Origin: Eutreptiella sp. 'Long Island Sound 2002'
Lineage: Eukaryota > Protista > Euglenida
NCBI GenBank assembly: GCA_964036045.1
Contig: OZ038378.1
Location: 177,878,001-177,942,000 of the forward strand
Direction of reading: 5' to 3'
Length of the DNA stretch: 64,000 bases
Part shown: positions 1 through 12,879 of the stretch, in pieces
How positions within the stretch are numbered: the stretch's first letter is position 1
How the letters are laid out: every line of letters starts with the position of its first letter
The notes under the pieces: generated by a model
The model's database searches: none
Told to the model about the DNA's origin: nothing
Seen by the model: the letters and a program-made list of their open reading frames with translations, nothing else
Made by a program: the position numbers and the translations under genes

Positions 1-45
1 TTTACGGTTATCGAGAGAATGGATAATTTTGCAGGCAGCATTGCA

Positions 46-93
46 GGGAGAGGGAGAGAGAGAGAGAGAGAGGGAGAGAGAGAGACAGAGAGA
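46..93. repeat. (AG)n microsatellite
   Basis: Directly visible purine dinucleotide run. Confidence 0.9.
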
Positions 94-114
94 AATGAGG
101 AGCAGTTTAGATAC

Positions 115-231
115 TCTTCAGAAAAAGCAGGCGACTGCACAATGGCAATCATTTGTTGGGAGGGTGGATACGCTGGTGCCATGAATACAAAAGCCTTGGT
201 TGAGTCTGGTAGAGGAGCACCTGGTGATCCC
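115..231 (-). CDS. Putative internal exon of an unidentified gene running off the left end (GSPGAPLPDSTKAFVFMAPAYPPSQQMIAIVQSPAFSEE)
   Basis: Acceptor ctcttttttttgag|G and donor GA|GTATCT; phase 2 matches the 545-367 exon across a 135-nt intron. No recognisable homology. Confidence 0.3.
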
Positions 232-366
232 CTCAAAAAAAAGAGCATGACACTCGTCCCGCAGCCACGCACCCACATGAAACAATCCAAATGCAGGCGC
301 GCACCTTTTCTGATTTGTTTTTTCTTTTGGGGGTCCCGATTTACCGTCTCGATGAGCGTAGGATAC

Positions 367-545
367 CTGAGAGCACTTGAGTGCACGAGGTACGCGTTGG
401 GACTAGCCCAAGATTCTGTGGCGTGTGCTTGGGCCATCCAGTCGTCTCGAGTCAACACAAGGGATTGCCCTCTCTGAACACTGCTACAGAGGATGCTGGC
501 AAGGACCAGGACCGCGCCGCAGGGAGAAAAGCCCAGAAGACCGCA
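367..545 (-). CDS. Putative exon of an unidentified gene (CGLLGFSPCGAVLVLASILCSSVQRGQSLVLTRDDWMAQAH...)
   Basis: Acceptor tgaatag|, donor AG|GTATCC, open frame with a hydrophobic stretch, and in-frame splicing to 231-115. Confidence 0.3.
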
Positions 546-3500
546 CTATTCAGAAATTTGGAAAGGTATGATTAAGCGAGAATCGAGTGAACCGTAAAGA
601 CAACATAAAATTCTCGGGCGGACCGCAGGCCGCATATGTTCCGTGCAACACCGTCACACGTAATGAGGTGGCCAAAGTGCCCGAAGGTGAAGAAAGACAC
701 TCTGAGCCGCTCTTACACATTGGTCTGATCCCGTCGTACAAATGGAAGTGGGTTTTGAGGGTTACACTGAGCACAAACACCACAACGTCCGCTCAGATAC
801 CACACAGTGTTACCATAATTTGTGCGCACCGGGCTGACGTCGCACCGCATGGCGCACGACGCGCAACGCACGGGCACAACCTCAGAAGGAATACACAGAC
901 CAAAACACTGAAGCCCTGAGTGCCATTCCTCTCAAGGGTGCACATCATGTGTCATGCGTTGCGTCGTTTGTTGGTCAGGTGGGCTGACTGAGCCCTTGAA
1001 TTGTATTTTTCCAACAATTCGGAATTCCTTTGCACTGCTGGATAAGAAGGCACTCAAAACAAGGCATCCCGTTGCAAAAGAAATAAACCTTTGTGCAATA
1101 GAACAGCGTGGGGAGGAACACACCTCCAGAAGGGAGCAAGGGACATGTCAGGCAGCTACGCCCACAAGAACAAATACTATGCTTGATCTTAGCCAAGGTG
1201 CATGGATCGCCAGGCTGGCACGTCTCCTGGCAGGCCCTCAGTGGGCAAGGTGTTGCAACAACACAAAATATGCGGAGAATGCACAGAAATGTAATTCGAG
1301 CATGCGACACATAAGGGGCAAGGGGCGATGGAGCGCCCATCGATACCACAACCCTCCCCTTGTCCAAACAACGGTTCGGGCCCTAAAAAGTTGCCCTCCG
1401 GCATCGGTCTGGGAAGTCTCAGTGCATAGTCATGAATACGGCGCCCTGAGGCGCCGTCACAGATTGCCCACAAATATGGCGCCAGGGGCGCCCGCACAGG
1501 TTGTTCATTGCATTGGACAAGGGGGGGGGGGGGGGCTAGAAGAATGCAAAGGTCAAATCACTCCCAGTCTTGCCGTGTTTGCAAGGTACCATAGAGGAGT
1601 GCTAACTGGGTCACTCACAGGCGACAAAAACATCCTAACGGAACCGAAATTGACTGGTAATTGAAGCATCAGTAAAATGCACGCACGAGGAAGACAACGA
1701 CAAACGGAGCAGGGAAGCAATTGTGGGGGCGGGGGCAGACTCCAACTTCCACTACCCCCCAGTGTACCATCAACCCGAACCAACAACTGACAATAGACTG
1801 TCTACAGCCTCCAGACCAACGGTTGTACCGCAGTACCTGCCAAGTGCACCAAGTGCTGGCGACGAGGGCGACGCTTGCGACGAGTGTTGCAGTGGCTGTA
1901 CCCGTTACCAAAGAACATTTTAGGGGAAGGAGGTAGGGCTTGGAGCCTGTTCTGCGGGTTCTCAGAGACATCAACTGAGTCTTGGCCCTTCGTGCAGGGG
2001 CCTCCGAACGGTGCCATGAATTTGAGGTCTCGGACCCTCCGTTTCGTCATGGCGGAAGAAGCACCAAGTCGGCCCTCCCAATGGCTACACCACAGGGGAA
2101 AAGAATGCGCGTCAGCGCACGGGTTGCCCGTCCCACCATTCCCCCATGCCCCGTTGCTGTACCTGACCGACAGTACACACTGTCCCCGTCCACGTCGGCC
2201 CATCTGACCCCACCTGAGAACCCACAGCTCCACACGCTAAAAGCGGAAAAAGTCGAAAAGCATGAGCCAACAGAGGGTAGAGGTCTTGTCATGTTGGCTT
2301 GTGGTCCAATGCTGAGATATTCAGCGGGTATCTGGTCGGTGTGATACAACAAATGGTTCAGCCACAGTCACTATTTTACAGGTGGCGCCAAAAGCAGTGG
2401 TTGCCCCTGGTGGACATATATTGTGAAGTGTGTGGCAACAAAATTCATCAGCTGCACAGAAAGTGGGGGGGACTGACCTGCAGTCAGTCCCATATAATGG
2501 AGCTCCATCGGCTGTCTGTACGGGGTTTGTTCCCTCATGTTCACCCCTATTTTAAAACTAAATCTACTTGCGTGACCTTAGTTTTGCTTGTTGTAACCTT
2601 GGGTTGCAACCCCAGTCCACAAGGCAGTGAGTCATGAGTGCGGTATTTTGCTGACTTTGTCGACTCCTTCTTCTCCTCTCTGGGGACAGGAGGGGTGGAA
2701 GGTTGCGATCAGGTGCAGTTGCCAGGTCCTCGGCGCGAAGGACTTAGTTTGCAAAAGGGTGCCCATTTCCTTTTTTGAGCAAGAGGCCCTTCGGGTTCAG
2801 CCTCGAATGATACCTGAGGCTGACTGGGCTGGGCAGTTGTTGTGTGCCTTTAAACAGTTGAGGCACTACCACTCTGCCCAATATTTGGGATGGGACGAGT
2901 AGCGTATTTCTGATAAGGCGGTCCAGAGACTTGACCACCCAAACACTAAATTGCCTGAGGAGGGTGATGAGGTTGAAGAAATGACTGCAGATGAGATGGC
3001 AGTCGATGGTTATTACGTGGTGGCCATAGCTGCAGCACATATTCAGGTACCAGTGCATCGGCAAGTCCCATACACCAGGTGGACCTTGGTTTAGGCCTGG
3101 CAGCACCAAAAGAGGGCAACGGGTGACTACAATTCTTTTGGGATTACTGTAGTGCCCTCATATCAAAATCCTGAGGGAGTATACCACAGAGCCGAGCGCG
3201 GCAAAATCTTGACAGCACTGATACAACCCATGACAAGACCAGGCAATAAGTCAAAAGACTGTGTAGTGGGAGCTCTAGGCTCCAACGGATCAGCATCCCT
3301 CGGACACTCTGGGTAGTCCTCCGTCCATTCCCCCCTTGGGAATGTTCCAGGGAGGGGGTTGAAGAAAATTTTCGCCCCATATGACAGCAATGATGCCCCC
3401 TTGACCATGAGGGTTCCCAATTTGCGGCACTCAGACAGGCTCATTTCTGGATGTTGCGACACCCCTGGCAACCTGTCCTGAAATCGAGGGGTCCAGAACT

Positions 3501-4641
3501 GCAGCCAGGAGACTTTTCCGAGGGAATAGTGGGAATTGGTTAGAGGTCCCAGGTGAAACCCATTGGGCCGGTTGGGAGTTTGATATGAAAACAATCATCA
3601 TTAATAAAGGTTCTACTGAGTCAGTGGTTTGGACGACCTTGGGAACTCAAATTGGCTTTAGAATCACAACACAGCCCGCCCAGACCCGGCCTAGCCTATG
3701 GCTGGGAGTTAGAGCAAACTAATGCGATAAGCATGCATGACTACTGTTGTACGTTGCATGTGCACACGGCTGGACTCCAACTCCACTCATTCACGTTAGC
3801 CCACATAGTGGTGCTCCAACGGGCCAAGTGCATGCATGCATGCATGTGTTGAGCTTGAGCACACGCATGGTTCAATTCTCCATGCGTGCAGGGTGTGTCC
3901 CTTGGATATATCCCTTGGAACCCACGGCGATGTGACGTGGGCCTTTCCCTAGTGCATGCCACCGTATTCCACGGATAAACTTTGGGGCCAACGGAGGCAA
4001 GTGGTGGGGAGTCCCAACCCCATCCACACCCTTTATGAGACTAGTTTCACACAACGTGCTGTCAAAACATGGGGGTCTCACCCCCAAAACACCATGAGGG
4101 CAAACGTATCCCATGTAACCGGCTTGAAATACCAGGTGACCATTGGGCATCTTCAAGATGGGACATAGTTTGGAATCATATGTATAAGCTACGCAAAAGT
4201 AGCAAATTAATACGGTCTCCACGCCTACTGTCGCTTGGACAAGGCCGTAGATGCCCAGGTTTCGCTACGCCTGCTGTAGCTTAGACAAGGCCGTAGCTGA
4301 TACAAGGTAGCGGGGGTAGACTTCAGCATGGCACTGCCACAGCCCCAGCATGCGTGTGCTGTGGCAGGAGGAAAGAGGGTTTGCCGGCAACCAATGCTTC
4401 GCTATTCAAATATCAGCATGCCTCACAAATGAATGCAGGGAGGGAGAGAATCCCCCTTCGATCCAGAGGAATAAAGAACGCATACAACATCGACGATGCC
4501 CAATGCAGTGGGGGTTTCAATGCATTTGAATGACTCTACTCTCATTCTTCTCAGTGCATTCATACCTGTGTGCAGGTGTTCCGCATGTGTTCCATGTCAC
4601 ATATCTGCCCCTTTTTGGGGTGCCATCTGCCGACGCCTGAT

Positions 4642-4726
4642 GCACGCACACGCACATGCACACGCACACGCACACGCACACGCACACGCACACGCACACG
4701 CACGCACACACACACACACACACACA
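4642..4726. repeat. (GCACAC)n/(CA)n compound microsatellite
   Basis: Directly visible. Confidence 0.9.
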
Positions 4727-4974
4727 GGTAGCTCACATACCAACGAAGATTTTCAAGATGTGTGGAAATATCTAATTCTGTGGGCAGGGACTGATTTCCC
4801 GCAAAGAATCTCAAAAAAAAATTAACGTTTCAGTACCAGGCCTTCAAAAGCAAACGGAAAAAGGGTTAGTGACAGTCTTTGCCTGCCTCACCGTCGGATG
4901 TGAATTCAGGGTTGGGGTTTGTACAACGCTAATGCTGTCGCGTATGACAACGGGAATCAGTGGTCTGCAAGTGC

Positions 4975-5250
4975 CGCCATTGGGTAGGGGGTCCATGTAC
5001 AAGAAAAAGATCATTGGGCACCTGGGTCTAAAATGGACGCACAGTGGCCACAATGCCCACAAAAATTTTCAACCCCCCCCCCCCCCCGCGCCACAAGTGG
5101 TACCCAGGTACAGGGGGGGGGGGGATAGGGGGGTCAAATTCGAAACATTCATTGGGAGATTTTTTTCTCTCCCAAAATGATGATTTTACAAGGGGTTAGA
5201 CATCCGATATCACCCATTGGGGTATGCTACGCGAATGACCCCCAAAAGGG
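4975..5250 (+). repeat. Dispersed ~270-bp repeat; homologue at ~7555-7800, partial copies at ~7100-7190 and within 10700-10860
   Basis: Shared blocks GGGTCCATG..AAGAAAAA, CCTGGGTCTAAA, GGGGTCAAA.TCGAAA.ATTCATTGGG, CAAAATGATGATTTTAC, CCCATTGGGG..T.CTACG.GAATGACCCC. Confidence 0.75.
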
Positions 5251-7879
5251 AGGTATATAGTGTCCACACCTGTGCTTGATGTGACAACCTTTCTTGGAAG
5301 GCGCCGAAGCTGATTTACACTATGATACGATGGCACAGATTTGTGGTGCAGTCCCCCCTCCGCCAGGGGGGGAACCGTCACTGTGGGGGGGGAACCGGCC
5401 CGACAAAAGGGGGGAGATTTCAACGGGGGGGTGGGGGGGGGGGGCGGCAGGGGATTGTCGGAAATGTTTTGTGACCGCCTGAAGAGGGGCCTGTAATCCT
5501 GCTGAGTGGAAAAATGCACAGGGGATGGGCACAGCGTGCACAGCACTACCAGGACGCCTGTGCACAGTGCACCCCGAGTTCACCTCCTCCAACTCAGCCC
5601 TTTTAAGCAAGCCCTTGCTTGACCCCCCCCTGATCTGCTTCACCATGTTGCTTCACTTGTGCGAGCCCAAGCCTGCAGTTGACATTGGGGCATTGGGGCA
5701 TCGGGACATTTGGGGGCTAAGGCACGTAGAACGTGCAAGAGACTCGTGCGGGGCCTCGCTGGGCCTGACCGTGGTTTGACTCTCAACTGCCGAGAAGAGG
5801 TCCACTGGGCCCTCTGAAATTCCCATGAACATGCACCACGCTGTGGGGCATCAAGGGGGCTGCGGGCCCTGTGTGCATGCACCTGGAGGCATGCACACGG
5901 GCAGTGTGGGGTCAGGCGCTGGAGAGCTGATTCAACATCACGACATCTTTGGATTGCCCTCAGACTATGGCCTGCAGAGGACAAAGCGTGTGATCAAGAG
6001 CGGAGGGGAACATGGCATGTCCAGATAGGTGGGGGCAAGATGCACCCTCAGGGCAGGCCATCCTTGAACCAAAAGGCGGGGGCATCGTGCAACGCAGCCT
6101 GTGAATTTTAAAGCAAACCTACGCCGTTGGGGGCCGATCAATGGCACTTGCAGGCCAACAGAAAGCATTTCGACGCCAAGCAGCGGCAGTTGGAGGCAAA
6201 TCACTGCACTTAGTGGGGCTGGTGTGCCTGGTGGCCAGTGGACCGGGGCAGCAGGATGGAGAGACCAATGGACTTGCACGGGCAGGCTCAATTAGAAGGG
6301 GCTGGTCCATAAAGGCTGGTGGAATACCGTTAGAAAAACCCGTGTCCAGTGCCTTGCGGGCAAGCACCAACGGTCCCCTGAAAAAATTTGCTGTGCTGCG
6401 GCATGCTGCAGCATGCTTCAAGCCGTAGGTGGTGGGGGAACCAAAATTTCCAGAAGCTGAAAAGGTGGCAAAACCCAGAGCCAAACACAAAGGAGTGCAT
6501 CTCCTGACACCTTGCAAAGAATCATTTCATGGGTGGTGATGTTGCTACTCCTCCTCGTCACATTTCCGCTTCCACTCACACTACAAACAGTCTGTAGTAC
6601 GCCTGGTTGCCTCCTTGTTCCTCTTGGGTTGTGTTGTCCCCTCCTCAGTGGGTTCAACAATAGACATCAGAAGACAAAGTGAAGAAAACAATGATCTGTC
6701 AAAGCACAGCAAAACAAAAAGTGCCCCTGGCAGGTTTGCCACATATTGTGAGTTCCAGGAGTAGAGACCTCCCAAACACAGATGCACCATTTCACCACCA
6801 AAGTGCTGGCCATCTCTGACAAATGAGTGCTCAGGGATGGAGTGATATTTTGGTCCGATATTGTTTCCCCAAAAAATCCCAACCTAATTTTCACTGTGCT
6901 GTGGCATGCCGCGGCATGCTTCAAAACCCCCACCAACAGGCCCCAAAAACAGGTGCTGCGGCATGCTTCAACCGTTCGTGCTTGCTTGCAGGGTATGGGT
7001 ATGGGTATGGGTATGGGAAATGCCGACAGAGCAAAAGTGGCTGACAGCTGCATAAAGTGCAAAGCACTCGTCCCGCTCCGCCCACACAAATCCTACAGAG
7101 TCGGGATCAGACAAAATAATGATTTTACAAGGGGTTAAACCAACAATTCAACCCCTCGGGGTAGGGTACGCAAATAGGCCACAAAAGAGGGCTACGTGGC
7201 GTTTTCCCATATATGCGGGCCCGCATGGTTTTGATCTAACAACCTCTGCGAGGTGATTTTGGGGCTTTTGGGGGGGGCGTGGCTCGGGCTACATGGGCCT
7301 AGCGCACTACATGGGTCCCCATGGGTGCCAGAGTACCCGTATTGTCACCAAATGGTCACCCAAACCCATCTCAGAAGTGACAGAAGGGGTCTGGAAAACG
7401 TCATATTTTGAACAAATTTTCAGGTGCAACTAAACAGCCTAAACTCGTGCTGATTTTTCAGTTGACGCTTGCCAACCTGAAAACGGCTAGGTCCTTACTG
7501 GCAAGAGCCCATAAGGGGTGTCGACTGGGGGCACCCAAAGTTCGGACCTGAGACCCTCGCCATCGATTAGAGGGTCCATGGATAAGAAAAAAGTTGTTGA
7601 GGACCTGGGTCTAAATCAACGCACAGCGACCACAGCATGCAAACATTTTGACCTCCCCACCTCCCAAAAAAGTGGCACCAGGGGGATGGAGGGGTCAAAA
7701 TCGAAAAATTCATTGGGGGATCATTTTGTCTGCCAAAATGATGATTTTACCCATTGGGGCATACTACGTGAATGACCCCAAAAGGGGTGGGTATATGAGA
7801 CTGCCTTTGCGCCCAAAGGGCAGAAACAAGGGTCTTGGCAGGCATTCCTCGTTTTGGTTCTCCACATTCAAGTGCCCCT

Positions 7880-8760
7880 CTACATGACCACCCCCCTTCT
7901 GCTCCTCAGTCCCTCATTTTAGCCCATGCTGCGGTGCTGTATGTCTGGGGGTTGGGAGCAGGACACGGTGGATTGAACAGACCAAAGACTTCCACAGAAG
8001 ACAATTTGAGAAGTACACGTGACAAACTGATCCATTTGGGCCGTTGGGCAACACATCACATGGGGCATGCCATGCAGTTTGCACCACTTCTTCAGGGAAG
8101 AGAGGGCTGCTCAGTGAGTGGGGGCAGTGAAATGACAGTTACACAAACCTTTTGATGGCAAAATCTCTGCGCACAATGTCTGCCCACAACCTCCGTCAGG
8201 ACACAGTGCCAGAACCCCCTCATATCATTTGTGGTGGAGCACACCCCAGAATCCACAGCCTCTGGCAGCGCCGGCACGGGAGCGGACGCCATGGGGGGCA
8301 GCATGATACAATGGTGAGCACTGGACTAACATTCGACTGTGACTCGCAACATTGCGCATTGCTCCCTTCCCCCCTGCCCCACTCCTGACAGACTCCAGGG
8401 AACCCAATCAACAAAAGCAGGTCCCACAAAAGATGAAGTACCATACACCAACGTAGCCTTCATGGGGCAGTGCTGTCATCAGTGGGTTCCTGTGCTCCTG
8501 ATATGGGGGACGTTTCAAAGGGTCAAGTGGGGGAAAATTCTCAAAATGGAGGCCACTGCTGTGTTTTGGGGCGCGGGCTGGGGGTGGGCAGGACGGGGAG
8601 GGGGGGGGGGGGGGGGCAAAACGGTCAAAGGACAGCCGACACCCAGACACAGCACAGGAATCAACAAACAACACCTGCGGACGGGGCCGTGGACTTTGGT
8701 AGATGCCACCAAAGGGCCTGAAGTGCGGGCCCTTGGGATCTGGAGCGGTTTGGAGGGCGA
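7880..8760 (+). mobile_element. Degenerate tyrosine-recombinase retrotransposon remnant (YR C-terminus followed by an RNase H-like piece)
   Basis: AHAAVLYVWGL...LIHLGRWAT resembles the YR box II GRW motif; downstream TLVDATKG...GIW resembles the RNase H first-Asp motif. Same order as the 11-13 kb element. Motif-level evidence only. Confidence 0.35.
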
Positions 8761-9372
8761 GGTCTGCTCATGGCTAGACACCAGTGGTGTGTCCCCAGGA
8801 TACAGCATTGGGACAGGGTGACTGGCACGAGGCGTAGCGATTTGGTTGGGCAGCTGCAATGGGGGAAGGGGTCTGGGGGAGGGAGGGATGGCAGTGGAGG
8901 TGATGGGGCATTGGTTAGGCTTGACACTGGACGGGGGCTAGGGCACATGTGGCGGGGGGGGGGGGGCGGGGTGCCCTTCCACGGCCTTCATTACCCTTGA
9001 ACTCGGCAAATTGCCTTCCCTGGACCCCGTTCGCACCAAAAGGGGCCACCATTGCCAGCCCCCACCCCTCTACCCCTGAAGAGCTGGCGCGCCACTGGTC
9101 AAGAGGGGATGTGGCCAATGTCCTTTGCAGCTGCTTTGCAGCCAGGGCTTCTGGGGCAATTTGGGACACCACACAGATGTGTGAGTCCGGCATGTCCACT
9201 AACCTTTAGTATTGGGGAACTGGCTGAAGTATGGATCAGCACCCGGGTCAGACTGCTCGTGTGAGAGCACCGTCATTTCCCGCCTGTCACCAAATGGTTG
9301 AGGAATGAGGAATGTGGTGGAGTCCAGCACATATTTGATTCCTTATACCCGATGCCACCTGCAACCAGGGGG

Positions 9373-9374
<2 letters not shown>

Positions 9375-9426
<52 letters not shown>

Positions 9427-9447
9427 AACACACACACACACACACAC
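9375..9447. repeat. (CA)n microsatellite
   Basis: Directly visible. Confidence 0.9.
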
Positions 9448-10598
9448 CATGAGGGCTGGAACAGGGGTATGACTCATACTGTGACAAAATGTGTGGATGT
9501 TTGAGAGCGGGGATATCTTTTCACCAGGTATCCAGGTATCAGTGACCCCGTTGAGGGAGCAAGCACGTGGAATACCATCCCCCTTGTCATTATGCCTTGA
9601 GCTGCCATAAGACCACAATCACAGCACTAGGTTTTTGTATGGTTTGAGACCCAAAGAACCAAGGATTGGTGTACCTCCAGCCCAGCTCCAGTGATTGGTG
9701 TTTTTTTTCTAGCAAGAGCCCACGGAGGGAGTACAGTGGCTATGGGGGCATCCTTGCACTGCGGGTGCATTGCGCGCTACTTTTAGACTAGGTTGCCCCC
9801 GAAGAGCCCCCAGACACACCCCTTCTAAACACCCTAGCTCAAGACAGTTGCAAGCTACGTCTCCTCTGATGCCAGTGTCTTTTCCTTTGAGTCTCGGGAC
9901 AGGGCGAGGGGGAGTGGCGGCACGTCCTCCAAAGGGACGTGCGCGGTGCTGGCGGTGCGACGGGGCACACATACGCATGCCGGCATTTTGCACGCTGAGT
10001 GTGCTGCGATGGACTGGTTGAACAGTTTCTGTTAGAAGTGGAGTCCAGACAGCCCGTGCTTCTGGAGCAAACCGCGGTCTGGCATTTGGGGGGGGTGTGC
10101 CAGACCGGGTTTGCGTGAGCGAGCCTGTGCCCCATGCCTGTGTCCTGTCCAGCCTAACCAGACTGCCTGCGTGACCTGTCCCTGCAGTCCTTTTTTGTTT
10201 TTGAGGGCTGTGAGCTCTGGGTTGCCATCACAACACTGTGCCCCCCCCCCGCCCATCCCGGACCGCCAGGAGTACGTCAGTGTAGCACGATGAGTGTGCT
10301 GCGATGGACCGGGTCTCCCACCCGGAAAACTGGATACTCTGATTTTTTACTGAAATGTTGTGGTCTAATTCTGATTCAAATCTGATTAACTGCCATTCGA
10401 TTGCTTGGCCAAGCCATGGCCATGGAAACTCATATGTCACTAGACAGCCCGTGTCCTCTATTCCTAACCAATACCCGGGGTGGGGACCATCGCTGTTCAT
10501 GGCTTTTCCGATTGTGCACTGGGGCAGAGGACTGTCCACCCCGCGGCCTGCAGGGCTGCTACGCGAAGATAGGAAAGGAGCGAAGAACAAGGCGGGAA

Positions 10599-10982
10599 GA
10601 AAATTGCTTTGCGGGGGGAGGGATGGCACGGAAGCCCATTTGCCCAACCCCCCCCTCCCCCTCCTTGGTCGCCGTGCCGGGAGGGGGGTTTGGGCTGGGG
10701 CTGCCCTACCTGCCGTGCCTGGGGGGGGGGGGTCTGACCCCGACATACATGGCTCAAAATGATCCCCACGTCGCGCTGATCATTTTGACTACACATATGT
10801 GGGGGAAAATTTTTTCGTGAAAAAAGTTTTTCCGGGCCAAAATTTGTGTTCCGGCGCCTTTGGTGGCAACATCCGTCCTTACACAAAACAAAGGGCCCGG
10901 CACGGAAGCCCATTTCTGGAACCCCCCCCCCCCCCTCCTTCGCCGGGCGCCAATGCCATCCCCCCCCCGCAAAGCAATTTTC
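10599..10982. mobile_element. ~385-bp MITE-like element with ~30-bp terminal inverted repeats
   Basis: GAAAATTGCTTTGCGGGGGGAGGGATGGCA at 10599 versus TGCCATCCCCCCCCGCAAAGCAATTTTC ending at 10982; internal direct repeat CACGGAAGCCCATTT...CCCCCTCCTT twice. No TSD recognised. Confidence 0.65.
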
Positions 10983-11099
10983 GGGCCGCCCAATGCATAA
11001 CAAACACACATACACACACGACATAAAGCAAGCAAGATGCGGGGGGCCCCAAAACTGGGCCGCCTCACTGCAACAGAGGCCAGGGAAAGGCCGGCAGGG

Positions 11100-12500
11100 G
11101 GGGCATACGCGGCATGTGGCTATGGCGACCGTACGACTGGCCAGGGATGGTAGCTGCGACGGCAGGTTGGGCAGGTTGTCGGCTGACGGCACACGGAAAA
11201 TATTCGCTTGTACCCCCGACCACCCCCTCAACCAAAACAGGCGCCTGAGAATGCGCTGTTGCGTTACACAATGCCCCGCCAACGTGCCCCGCCCCAGAAT
11301 GTGGCGCGCCCCTTTGCTGTCCAGGCCCAGCCAGAGCCTGCGCTCCCCCCTGTTGACCGCGACTGTGATAGCGCTTGTCGCGGCCCACAGCTCTGCCGCT
11401 TGAAGGCTGCGCCCCCCCACCCCCCTGTAGGCCCCCGAAAGAAAAGGCTCCAGAGTGCAGCGCGGTCTGGCGACCCACTGTAGTCTGCCCAGTAAAGACC
11501 GCAGGCGCTCCCATAGCAGGCGGCCCATCAGCAGGCCGCGCAAGAGAAAGGAAATGCACTGGGCGATGGACGCTGCACTGTTGCTAATGCACCTACCCTC
11601 CCGGCACACCTCCTTGCCCACCCACGTCAACGACCGATGCGGGGTCAGCTCGCTCTTATCGCTCACCAAAAACCCCGCCCGCGTCAGCTTGCACAGCACC
11701 CGGTCCCGTGCCCTCTGCAGCTTGCTGCTGCTCATGGACGCTATCAGGATGTCGTCCAAGTAAACCCAGGCCCGAACCCCACAGCCCCGCAGGCAGTTTC
11801 GGACCAGTCGTTGGGTTAGCTCCTTGAAGACTGCCGGCGAAAAGGACCAGCCAAACGGCAGCCTACGCACCGCCATACCGCGCACCACGAAAAGCCGGCG
11901 CCGGCGCCTTGGGAGGAGCACAGACTAGTAGGCGTTCTGCAGGTCTATTTTAACAAAAAGAGGCCGTGCCCAGGGGGGGGGAGGCCACCCAGCCATGAAC
12001 GCAGCTCTTCAATATGGGGCAGCCTGAACTTGGGGGGGCACACCTCTGACTCCTTGTTCATACACACCAGGTTCAAAATCAACCTGCACTTGACCTCACT
12101 CTTAGGGATCAGGAACGCAGAGGCAGAATCAGCCCCCCCCCCCCCCTCGCTTCAGGCCCCCCTCCGCACGCACTACCCAGAGCATGGCATCCAAGACCCT
12201 GGCCTTGTCCCCCCCCATCTCTCTGGCCCGCCTCCTCAGCTCCCGACTGAACTCGGCCCCGCGTGCCGATGCCAGGAAGCGCCTGCAGCGGCCGAGAAGC
12301 GATGCTGGGACCACACGCTGCCACAATGATGCGGCAACACGCACCTTGCCGAATCCGCCTAGCCCCTTAGCGGATGCGGACATCGGCACCGGCCCCCGGC
12401 CCCGCACGATTGGGGACGACCCTTCGACCAACGCCGCTTGCAGCCGCCCCACTGTCAACAGGTGCTGCACCGCCTGCGTGAACCGCGCCACCGCCGCGCT
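11100..12500 (-). pseudogene. Reverse transcriptase plus RNase H of the retrotransposon (frameshift and premature stop)
   Basis: AFLIPKSEVKCRLILNL, FVKIDLQNAY* (TAG at 11925-11927), LPFGWSFSP, WVYLDDILI (11751-11762), GFLVSDKSELTP, RNase H-like LGLDSKGA and FRVPSADNLPNLPSQ. Confidence 0.85.
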
Positions 12501-12879
12501 CGGGAGGAACGTCGCGGCAGTGTCGCTGCCGCGACGTTGCTCCCGAGCGCGACCAGGAACTGCGAGGCCCGCTCCCTCTCCGCGGTCGAGAAGCGGTCCG
12601 GCAGCGCCCGGGCGACCTCATCCGCTGCTGCTTGTAGCGCTATTGCGCCGCCAGAGCGCCGCAGCTCAGTGACAGGATTCCGTACGGCGCCTTTTGGTCG
12701 TTTGCCCTGCAGCGGCTGGAGGAGCGGGAGCAGTGGCTGGCCCCGGCAGCTCTGACGTGACCGAGGACGGGTACCATGACGTCGCCGGCGTGTCCCGTGT
12801 TTCCCTGCGCATATTGCAGTCTTCGGTGATGGGCCAGGGTAGTTGGTGCCTTCGCGCTGGCTCCCAGCCCGGCCTGGCT

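Noticed and set aside
954-3600. Broken ORFs with faint YR/RT-like words (ARLLAGPQWA, RLSVRGLF)
   Set aside because: No catalytic motif could be secured; probably TE debris, but not supportable by eye.
3690-3890. tRNA or SINE-like hairpin GCACACGCATGG-TTCAATTCT-CCATGCGTGC with a B-box-like loop
   Set aside because: I could not build a cloverleaf or find a properly spaced A box.
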